From NCBI GenBank assembly GCA_004764695.1, contig SMSO01000037.1, positions 3,014,747 through 3,078,746 on the forward strand: a stretch of 64,000 nt of DNA, given 5' to 3'. Source of the stretch: Schizochytrium sp. TIO01 (taxonomy: Eukaryota; Protista; Bigyra: Labyrinthulomycetes). The notes beneath the pieces are model-generated. The model saw only the letters and a list, made by a program, of their open reading frames with translations, did no database searches and was not told the origin of the DNA. A program made the translations under genes and the position numbers. Positions 55,325 to 64,000 of the stretch are shown in pieces. How positions within the stretch are numbered: position 1 is the first letter of the stretch; each line of letters starts with the position of its first letter.

Positions 55325-56185
55325 TTATTTAGCGGCAAAGAAATCATGGGCGAGCTCCTCGACAATCATGGCGATACCGTACGCAGTAAAGGCCACGCAG
55401 GAACCGAGAAAAAGAAACTCGGCGCCACTGGAGTACCAGGAAGAGGCTGAAAAGGCGGATTTGAAGCTGCCCAAAATAAAGAGCACAACCATAGTAACAA
55501 CGACGGCGGTACCAAAAAGAAAGTCGTTCGAGGCCTCAGGATACACAAGCGGCACAAGCAGGTACCCGAGCAAGGGCATAGTGCCAAAAATCAAAAAGGA
55601 AAGAAATGTGATGAGACCATCCATGTATGGGTTCTCGTCATCGCCAGGCACCTTGAGTTGAAGCTCCTCGCACATCATAATGTCAATGAAAAACTCCTTG
55701 TACTTGGCCATAGTCTTCACAACCAGCTCGGCCTTATCGTGGGGAAGGCCTCGCTGCTCGTACAGCTCAACCATCTCCTGAATCTCGCCGTCCTCGTAGT
55801 TGTCAAACTCCCAGACCTCACGCTTGCGCTCCTGCATTACGTGGTCATGGTAGGCAATGGTACTAACGGTGTCTCCAACTCCCATGGAGAAAGCATCAGC
55901 GACGATGTTAGATACACCAAGAATAAGAACAGTTGAAGGTCCAAGAGATCCTCCAGCAGCGCCACCAATGATGGCAAAGCAAGTCAACACGCCATCGAGA
56001 CCACCGTACACGATGGACTTAATTGAGTCACCCATGGTGCGGTGGCCCTCCTCAGCAGCGTGTGCTTTATGTGCTTCGATTGATGCAGACACATTATTGT
56101 TATCGTACGCCTGGCGCGCCTTGTTCATGTCCCGCTGCAGGCCATTGCCGCCGTTGCCATTGTTCGTGGTCGACCCGTAGCCCAT
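55325..56185 (-). CDS. VIT1/CCC1 family iron/manganese transporter
   Basis: SIVYGGLDG, ADAFSMGVG, cytosolic metal-binding region ERKRE.WE...E..E, MMCEEL, TFLSFLIFG..PLL; five hydrophobic segments. Confidence 0.92.
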   Translation of the reverse strand: MGYGSTTNNGNGGNGLQRDMNKARQAYDNNNVSASIEAHKAHAAEEGHRTMGDSIKSIVYGGLDGVLTCFAIIGGAAGGSLGPSTVLILGVSNIVADAFSMGVGDTVSTIAYHDHVMQERKREVWEFDNYEDGEIQEMVELYEQRGLPHDKAELVVKTMAKYKEFFIDIMMCEELQLKVPGDDENPYMDGLITFLSFLIFGTMPLLGYLLVPLVYPEASNDFLFGTAVVVTMVVLFILGSFKSAFSASSWYSSGAEFLFLGSCVAFTAYGIAMIVEELAHDFFAAK

Positions 56186-58538
56186 CTTGTCAATCTAAAG
56201 ACGTCTCTGAGACGAGCGTACTAGCAAGTCCACCTCCGCTGCGCAGGCCCTACAGCCGTTATACGTCTGTCCTCACGTCGACGACTGTCTCCGCAGACGT
56301 CCACAACCGCAGCTGCTCTGCGCACGCCGCTAAAACGTGCTTTGATCGATGGAGGGTTTGAGTGCCGAGTCTGTTTCTTCGCTCTATTTATCTATCTATC
56401 TATCCATATATTGACTTGACTATCTTCCTATACTATCCATCTATCATTCATTCAATCATCCCATCAATCTAAGTATTCACTATAGGACTACTTAGATGTA
56501 TACTATCAATCAATCATTTTAAAAACTTTTGGTTTGACTCTCTACGTACTTTAGCATTATTTATTATGCTTTCTCAAACGAAAAACAACAACGATATATA
56601 GAGAGGTCTGAATAGTGGTGATTTATCTAAAGAGAAATGAAGAAGAAAAGAAATAAGACTAACCAAACCTAAAGGGATCAACTAAGCTGCTTCTTTATGT
56701 TTCTTGGTCTTCTTCATGACATAGCGTCCTTTTCCTTTTATGAGCTTCAGGCAGCGTAATGAGAACTTGGGAATAAAAAATGGGTTGCACCTCAAGACAG
56801 CGGTACCTGCGAGAATGGACTTTGCCAAAGCAGGCGATGGATTGCCTGCATGCTCCTTGATGAGGTTTCCTTCGTGCTGGTTTTCCGCCCTGCGAGTCTT
56901 TCCTTACGATAATGTCTTTATTTATTTGTTTATGAATTAGTACTTGGATATCATTATGGTCTCTGGTCGTTGAAAACCTTTTAAATTGAGCAATCGCTCT
57001 TGAGTTCATGTATGGCTACGCATATACTCGCTGTGGCGTACTAGAGACTGCATGCCTGATCATACTATTCTACCCTGTGGTGCATTCCTGAAGAAGGCAC
57101 TTAATGCACTATCAACTCCAGTGCTGTAAAAGTTGAAGACAAACCTGTTTGGCACATATACATGCAATCTATAAATTGACTCTGTAAAATGTCGCTTGTT
57201 GATCTAATGGGGGAAGCTCAGTTGAGTTCTGGAGTATCATAGGCCTTGGTTGCTCTTTATTGCCTCCTAGCAGGATACTTCTAAAGGCTGAGAATAAAGT
57301 TTGAGCTCTGGTCATCGTTGAATACTATATTTGATTTTGTTGTGACCTAAAGGTTGATGAATGAGAACGTATGCATTCCTACATTGTTAAGGGGAGAAAA
57401 ACAACTCGTCAACTCAAATAAAAATTTATTGAAAGGGTCTATCGCGTGGTTACTAAAATAAAATCGTGAAAATGGAACAACTTAGCTTGGCCAAACTTAC
57501 TTTACATGAGCACTCTACATCAGAACAAATGCAGATGCTAGCAAAAGAAACTGTTCTGGTTGAGTACTCAACGGGTCAGATATTGACAGCACCTTGAAGC
57601 CAATGAAGTTCGCCCAAGTAGGAAACAGAAGAACACAGCTACTACTGGTGCTCGACGTTGATCTAGCTTTAAAATGCAAAGTGCAAAGTTTCCATTGTGA
57701 CTTTGGTGTTGTGTATTTAAATTGACGCTCAATGCAAAAAAAAAACTCCCTGATAACAAGGGGAATACAATAATAACGTAGGGAACCTGATGAGTATTAT
57801 ATATAGATAAGGGATCTGTTCTCTGTGCGACTAAGAAGGAAAGTAGTCGGAGGTACAAACACGGACTCCAGAGACTATACAAAATGTAATGATAGACAAA
57901 GTAACAAAATATAGCCTTTGCCTTGTTGAAGTCGACAGTAGAGGATGTTTTCTCAAGGTACTTTTTCTTTCAATACGGTATAGTTGAGAGTCTGCACTTG
58001 AAGAAGGTAGATGAAATATAAGAGAAGTATAAATATTCACAAAAAATAAGACAATGCATTTGTCCAGGTTCTTACTTAGTTATTGGCAATATTAAGACTC
58101 ATTTAGAAAAACTTGAAAAATTCCTATCATTAGAATTGGACCAGGACGACTCCTTTATTTCACAAATCGATACACAACTTAAACATACAACTCATCGTGT
58201 GTGTAATAGAATCCCGGGTAGCATGAATCCATAAGGAAGCATGTATAGTCTTGGTGACTCGTCCCACAATCTTTTTATAGAAAAGATTGAAAGAAAAGAA
58301 AGGAAAAAAATAATAATAAGAAAGGAGTCATAGTATCCGTTAGAATGAAAAAAGTACCTAGTACATTGTGCGGTATTAAAATTCTGCCCATTGTAAATTA
58401 GTTGTACAGAGACAACCTATTGAATTAGTGTGTTCACGAGCACGCTTGAACAAGCTTGCAGACGAAGAACTTGCACAACGCTTAAGAAGGTACCGTGACA
58501 GATTCTCGCCACCTCCGCGAGAAACAGAAACATCGACA

Positions 58539-60029
58539 ATGTCAACGCTGCAGTGCCACCTTCTATCTTGGAGACTCGACGTAGAGGCAAAGCGAGCGTG
58601 GGTACGATCAAAAGTTGTGACAGATGGTGCGGGCGCATGCAGTGTTTCAATCTTAGAGAATGTCCATCTTGCAGATAACGTTCCTCAAGGAAATGTGTTG
58701 GTGAGTGAAGCTTGGCTTGATGTAGAGGAAGAGTTTATTTTTCTTATTTTAGATTGTGGCAGAGTCGTCATCGCCAAGGGTCAAACTCCAGAAGACCTGC
58801 TGGTTTTCCTCAAAAGCCTTGGAGCACACGCACCAGACCATGCAAGAGAACAAGAGTTGGTTCAGGAATTTAAGGACTGGCAGAACACGAGCGAATCATT
58901 GGACATGGCCCGATCAGAACCTGGCAATATCCTCTCGCTCTGTCCTCTAGCAGCCCCTGGGACCCAATTCCAAGGCCGCCTCACAATCTTGCCTTCTGGT
59001 CATGAAGATCATGCGCCAGTCCAAGGTTACTTTGCGATCTCATCAAATCATCTCTTCCGTTTCATTCGAGATCCTAACGGGACACCAGAAGAGGCGCTAC
59101 CACTCTCCCAAGTGACGATCACTGTGGACTCAGGTTTGGTCGAGAGGGGCACTTACGTTTGGACAGTCTCTTCACCTATTCGTACTTGGAGACTTCGTGC
59201 AAAACATGGTACATCCATGCAACAATGGCTTAAATTTCTTGTTGACAATGGTGCTCAAGGGAATCATGCTCTTGCAGAATTAAGAAGTGCTCAACAAGAA
59301 GCCTTAAATCGTATTTGCGAACTTGAGGATATCGAAAACCATCATGAAGCTTCTGCTGTTTTCAAGCAGTACATTCAAGATGAAGGCGTAGAAGAAGAGC
59401 TCGAATTGTTCAAGCAGTTTTCAGCAGTGTTAAAAACTCCGCCTTCCGATGACTCTGATGTAAACGAATCTGATAATCTTGCTGAAGCGTGTTCTCAACC
59501 GGAGGCACCGGGGTTTTTACCATTATTTAATAACCACTACGAAGAATGGCAAAGCCTAATTGATCAAGGTAATTCTCAGGAAGTTCTTCAACAAGCTGCA
59601 GAGCTTCTCAGGGAACACGTCGAAACCAAAATAGTGCCTCACTTTTTCCACAGCCGTGTTTTCATGAACCTTAAAGATACTATTGAGGGTAATAGCAAGA
59701 AGCGCGGGGAGGTTATTTTTGGTGACAAAGCGCTTTTTATCCAGTCTACTTCAGGAAAGGGAAAGAAAATTTCATATCAGGTTCCTCTTGAATATGGATC
59801 TTTTATGTTAGGTCGTGATGAAAGCTGCGATATTGTGCTCGCCGGACCCAAGGTTTCACGCTACCATTGCAGTTTGCTTGTTGGACAAGATGATGTAATT
59901 CAAATCTTTGATCTTGGAACTCGAGGTGGAATTTTGCTAAATGGGCATCGTGTAGAAGTTGCCGGGCTCAAACTTTCCGACAAAGTACAGATTGGCAAGT
60001 TCGAATTGCGATTTGGTTTACAAATATGA
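58539..60029 (+). CDS. PH-like + RGS-like + FHA domain protein
   Basis: First ATG at 58539. PH-like segment ...YF.I....LFRF...LRAKHGTSMQQWL; RGS-like LEDI......VFKQYI..E..EEEL.LF...IVPHFFHS; FHA LGRDESCDI.L....VSRYH...DLGTRGG..LNG. Confidence 0.75.
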   Translation: MSTLQCHLLSWRLDVEAKRAWVRSKVVTDGAGACSVSILENVHLADNVPQGNVLVSEAWLDVEEEFIFLILDCGRVVIAKGQTPEDLLVFLKSLGAHAPDHAREQELVQEFKDWQNTSESLDMARSEPGNILSLCPLAAPGTQFQGRLTILPSGHEDHAPVQGYFAISSNHLFRFIRDPNGTPEEALPLSQVTITVDSGLVERGTYVWTVSSPIRTWRLRAKHGTSMQQWLKFLVDNGAQGNHALAELRSAQQEALNRICELEDIENHHEASAVFKQYIQDEGVEEELELFKQFSAVLKTPPSDDSDVNESDNLAEACSQPEAPGFLPLFNNHYEEWQSLIDQGNSQEVLQQAAELLREHVETKIVPHFFHSRVFMNLKDTIEGNSKKRGEVIFGDKALFIQSTSGKGKKISYQVPLEYGSFMLGRDESCDIVLAGPKVSRYHCSLLVGQDDVIQIFDLGTRGGILLNGHRVEVAGLKLSDKVQIGKFELRFGLQI

Positions 60030-60378
60030 TCTCTTTCTCTCTCTCTTAAACGTTATCTTTCCATGTGTTATACTGAGTGTTATATCGATATAGAATTTAA
60101 TATCAATTACTTCAGTACCCCCCCCCCTCTCCCTCACCCCAGCTGAAGGACTTTCTGGCGAGGACAAGAAAAATGATGCTATTATTATTTTAATTGTAGG
60201 TTATTAGTATGTGAATGATAGGGCCACTACAACCACCTGGGGTATTCAGTGCTTTGCAGCTAGCTCAACTTGATTTCAAAAACCACAAACATCATGAGTA
60301 CTTGATTCCAATTTTGAAGAACATTCACTAGATGTTGACAACGACGCCTCGACACAAAGCGGGCTAGTTAAATCACAT

Positions 60379-61662
60379 TTATTCATCGCGGAAATAGCGT
60401 TCCATGAACTCCTTTTCAGCATCAGACGGGCCGTGTGGTTCATCGGCCCACTCGTCCGCAAATCCCTCCAATTGACGACTCAACTCAGAGTGACCACGCG
60501 TCGGGTCCTCAGCGCGAAGCTGGCGCAGAGATTTACGATACTGCTGGTTCCATGCCATTGCTGCAAGCAAAAACACAATCAGAGCAACGTATGCGCCTGA
60601 AAGAATGAACTTCTGGCCAGGAGGGATCAAATAGTACGTCGGATGGGTACCTGTGCCGAAGAAGCGATCATACGTGCTAAACGCGCCGGAGAGCATGATC
60701 AGGAAAAAAATCGGATTGTGAATCATACCTTGATATGCCATTGCACCACCTGCTCCAAGGCCAGCTACAAGAAACCACGGAGAGATTGCACCTCCGATAC
60801 GGCCACCATCAAGTTGACCAATCGGAAGCAGATTGAACAAGTTAATCATGATGCCAAAATCTGCCAGGGAGATGAGCATCTGTGAGTCCATTTGTACACC
60901 AACAACGCTGGTTGCCACAGCTGCTGCTCCACCAAGCACTGGTCCACCAAACGCAACAAGGGCCTCTTCACGCACATCCTTGGGGCGGTCCTTCATCTCT
61001 ACAAAAGCTCCCATGAATGGAATGAAAATGGCTGGGCCAGCAGGAATGCCAAGGGACTGCATCACACGAAGATGTCCATACTCATGAATTCCAATAAGAC
61101 CAACCATGCCAGCTGCAAAAGGCCATCCATAAAAGATTGCGTAAGCTCCTGTGGAAGCCAGCATTGAAAGGGCAGGCATGAGCTTGGTAAACTTGAGAGC
61201 TCCAATGACCCATTTCATCTTGGCGCCAAGGATGACAGCTCCCGTCGCCACGGCTCCAATGCCTCGCGACAAAAGGCCAGTTCTCTTAGGTGGTTCCTCC
61301 TCACGGTAGTACTCATCATCATCACGACGAGGTGGTTGACCAGAGGGCGGAGCTCCAGAGCTAAAAGCACGGGTTTGCAGAGCTTGCATTGGAAGGCCTT
61401 TCATCTGCAGTTCAGGTGACCACGCTGCCAGCATCGGCAAATTTCCGCGGGCAGTTTGCTTCTCATTTCTTCTGTTATCCCCTCCAAGAGCTGCCAGGCT
61501 CTGACTGTTCATGTAGCCCATGAAAGAGCGTTCTGAAGCGTGGTTTGCGAGACTCGACCAAGTCGCCGGACCCGCGAACTTGCGAGCCTGCTGCGAAAAC
61601 ATCCGCACTTGCATCCTGTTTTGTGCACCTGTGGCGTATACAAGTCTCTGAGCTGTAATCAT
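60379..61662 (-). CDS. Site-2 protease family (peptidase M50) zinc metalloprotease with mitochondrial-type presequence
   Basis: First ATG at 61662. HEYGH within a TM segment, FIPFMGAFV, VAFGGP, NLFNLLPIGQLDGG. The N-terminus is basic and acid-poor, with RMFS and RAFSS motifs. Confidence 0.88.
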   Translation of the reverse strand: MITAQRLVYATGAQNRMQVRMFSQQARKFAGPATWSSLANHASERSFMGYMNSQSLAALGGDNRRNEKQTARGNLPMLAAWSPELQMKGLPMQALQTRAFSSGAPPSGQPPRRDDDEYYREEEPPKRTGLLSRGIGAVATGAVILGAKMKWVIGALKFTKLMPALSMLASTGAYAIFYGWPFAAGMVGLIGIHEYGHLRVMQSLGIPAGPAIFIPFMGAFVEMKDRPKDVREEALVAFGGPVLGGAAAVATSVVGVQMDSQMLISLADFGIMINLFNLLPIGQLDGGRIGGAISPWFLVAGLGAGGAMAYQGMIHNPIFFLIMLSGAFSTYDRFFGTGTHPTYYLIPPGQKFILSGAYVALIVFLLAAMAWNQQYRKSLRQLRAEDPTRGHSELSRQLEGFADEWADEPHGPSDAEKEFMERYFRDE

Positions 61663-62743
61663 CTTGCGAAACTGCGTATTCCGCACTCAAGCAACCTTGA
61701 TGTCTTTCGCTTGGTGAAGAGAGCAGGTCAAGATATTTAGCTTTTGTCCTCCAGAAACCAACAAGATGGATTGAAGCAAGAACGAGCCGTCGAGTGGCCC
61801 AAAGTTCGAGATAGCCAACCAGCCAGCAGCTCAGGTTTCACTCAACAAAGAAGCAGCGAGCTTCTGCGAACAACCTTCGCTACGAGAGTGATGGGGTACT
61901 GCGAGCGGGGTTCACCGATCTCGAGAAGCTCAGTGAGCCTCTGAAATCTCCCAACCAGGATTTGGGCTCAGCTTGGAGACTTTACGATTTGCGACTTTAT
62001 AATCATAATTTCAATTATTAAAGTTACTGGCGAATAGAGAGGGATTCCTTATTTCTTTTAATTGAAAGAAAAACAGGGAAACTTGTTTCTTACTTTCGAT
62101 CAATGCTGCGCTTCAGCTTGAAACCATCGATAATGTAACTTTTCTTATTTTTAATATTACAAATACAATCTCAAGATCGTTACATGAAACTTGTGAAACC
62201 TTTTCGAGTTTAACGTCTATAAGGTAGTTTTTATAACGAATCTGGGGAGTGGAATAGCTTGAAAGTAGAATGTCGGCATTTAATAATGGTGCTCGCGACA
62301 TACTTCGTAGCCAGCGGTCTTGTAAGCCAGAAAGCTTCTAGCTCTGATGAAGACTGAGCAAAATTGCTTACCACCCACCCAGCTTTCGCTTTAAGCTTCA
62401 GCTTTGTTTTGTTTTGTCTTCAAGCGGCAACAGCAGTAGTAAGTACTCTATTATACAAATTTATATTGAATGATTGAATGAAAATATGTGGAATTGAGAA
62501 TCGCTGGTCAGGCACGTCATACCTCGAACTGCACTCGCGACGAGGTCCGAGTTGCTGTTCTTTGATCTGCGACGCGGCTAAGGTCGTTTCGGACGGTCGT
62601 TGTGCTCTATCTCGGGCACATTCTCGGTGCCGTTGTCTTCTGTCTCCAGTGCTGAAGTCGCTCCTCCAGACATTTTACTGGACGGGGCTGCCGTGGTTTA
62701 GCTCATCGTGGGGAGCTCCTGATATCCGAACAGAACAGAAATC

Positions 62744-64000
62744 ATGAGCGACGTAGAAAACCTTCCCAAACCAGAGTCTGATGTAGACACTAAGATTGCT
62801 GAGGATAGCAAGCTTCCCCGTGCGTCTGACACTGCTGATCCCGAGGACATGATGGACGAAGAGGATGGCGACGCCTTTCGCCAATTCGTAGACGTAGACA
62901 ATGTTCACGAAAGCAATGCCTCTAAAAATGCTCTCTCTGCAGGACAGACCTTCCAGCGACTTCGCGAAAACGTTGTAGGTGCTTTTAGCCCTGTGGAAAC
63001 CCCTTTTGGCGAGAAACCTCTCATTTATGCCGACTGGACCGCCAGCGGTAGAGCCTTCGCCCCACTAGAAACCTACATTCGCGACAAAGTGTACCCCTTC
63101 TATGCTAATACCCACACTTCTACAAGTATTACTGGACTGCAAAGCACATGCTTTCGAACTGAGTCTCGCCAGATTATTCAGCAAGCCGTTAATGCCAACA
63201 CCCGCAAAGATGTGGTGCTTTTCACTGGCACTGGCGCTACAGGAGCTGTGAACAAGCTGGTCTCGGTATTGGGCCTCGATGTCCCTCTTCGTATGGATCA
63301 GCCGACGCAAGCTCGTCCTGTAGTCTTTGTCGGGCCTTTTGAGCATCACAGCAACCTCCTTCCGTGGCGCGAGTCCAATGCGGAGGTTGTCACTGTTCCA
63401 GAGCGTGAGGATGGCTGTGGAATTGATCGGGTTGCTCTCGAGAAACTCTTAAAGACGTACGTAGATCGACCTCTCTTGGTGGGAGCTTTCTCAGCTGGTT
63501 CGAATGTCACTGGAGTTCTCGAGGACGTCGACCGTATCTCAGCGATCCTGCACCGCCACGGAGCTTTAGCATGCTGGGATTATGCTGCTGCCGGCCCGTA
63601 CGCTCGTATTGACATGAACCCTGTTCTTGCTGGAGAAGACCCCGATCGGCCATTTGCCTATAAGGATGCTGTGTTTCTATCTACACACAAATTTGTGGGT
63701 GGCCTGAACACACCTGGTGTTCTTGTCGCTAAAAAGAAGCTTTTCGGTAATGCGGTGCCTGGCGCAGGGAACGTCGGAGGTGGCACTGTCTACTTTGTGC
63801 GCGAGGATGGACACCGCTATATGTCGAACCGTGTTGAGCGCGAGGAAGGTGGTACTCCGGACGTTGTTGGTGCGATTCGTGCGGGCCTTACCTTCCAGCT
63901 CAAGCAGAATGTTGGTTGGGAGAACATTGAGAAACGTGATTGTGAGCTTGGCAAGCGTATTGGATCGAAGCTCGGATCCCATTCAAACCTTGCTTTGCTC
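62744..64000 (+). CDS. Aminotransferase class V / cysteine desulfurase-like PLP enzyme (3'-partial)
   Basis: Hand-translated from the ATG at 62744 and open to the window edge: TPFGEKPLIYADWTASGR, YANTHT, FTGTGATGA, GPFEHHSNLLPW, SAGSNVTG, WDYAAAGPY, PLP lysine in STHKFVGG, EEGGTP. Confidence 0.9.
   Translation, partial: MSDVENLPKPESDVDTKIAEDSKLPRASDTADPEDMMDEEDGDAFRQFVDVDNVHESNASKNALSAGQTFQRLRENVVGAFSPVETPFGEKPLIYADWTASGRAFAPLETYIRDKVYPFYANTHTSTSITGLQSTCFRTESRQIIQQAVNANTRKDVVLFTGTGATGAVNKLVSVLGLDVPLRMDQPTQARPVVFVGPFEHHSNLLPWRESNAEVVTVPEREDGCGIDRVALEKLLKTYVDRPLLVGAFSAGSNVTGVLEDVDRISAILHRHGALACWDYAAAGPYARIDMNPVLAGEDPDRPFAYKDAVFLSTHKFVGGLNTPGVLVAKKKLFGNAVPGAGNVGGGTVYFVREDGHRYMSNRVEREEGGTPDVVGAIRAGLTFQLKQNVGWENIEKRDCELGKRIGSKLGSHSNLALL

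Noticed and set aside
1-64000. tRNA and rRNA genes
   Set aside because: The GTTCGA-like words I inspected lack a cloverleaf context or lie inside CDSs. A tRNAscan-SE/barrnap run would be decisive.

Overview
Eukaryotic nuclear DNA with long, almost intron-free genes and AT-rich, microsatellite-rich spacers. Gene content and style suggest a flagellated stramenopile protist, probably a thraustochytrid/labyrinthulomycete; this is inference, not a database result. Sixteen protein-coding genes are supported: an organelle-targeted PRPP synthetase, importin-beta, a ~1020-aa PX-like/TM/AttH-CrtC-lipocalin/GGPP-synthase fusion, an alpha/beta hydrolase with a PTS1, APC13, a kinesin-14, a SAXO-repeat/Hsp70-SBD protein, a low-complexity orphan, acylaminoacyl-peptidase, a two-exon FolD, a CaaX-tailed HAD protein, a PurK-PurE-PurC triple fusion, a VIT1/CCC1 transporter, a PH-RGS-FHA protein, a presequence-bearing M50 site-2 protease, and a class-V PLP enzyme running off the right edge (absent from the ORF track). 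The most notable items are: (1) the membrane-anchored lipocalin/prenyltransferase chimera, a possible new isoprenoid-making and -modifying enzyme; (2) the K-E-C purine fusion, with PRPS and FolD inside the same ~51 kb; (3) a hairpin-dense GC island at ~47.3-47.8 kb that may be a structured ncRNA. No tRNA, rRNA or CRISPR array was recognised. All domain calls come from motifs recognised by eye.
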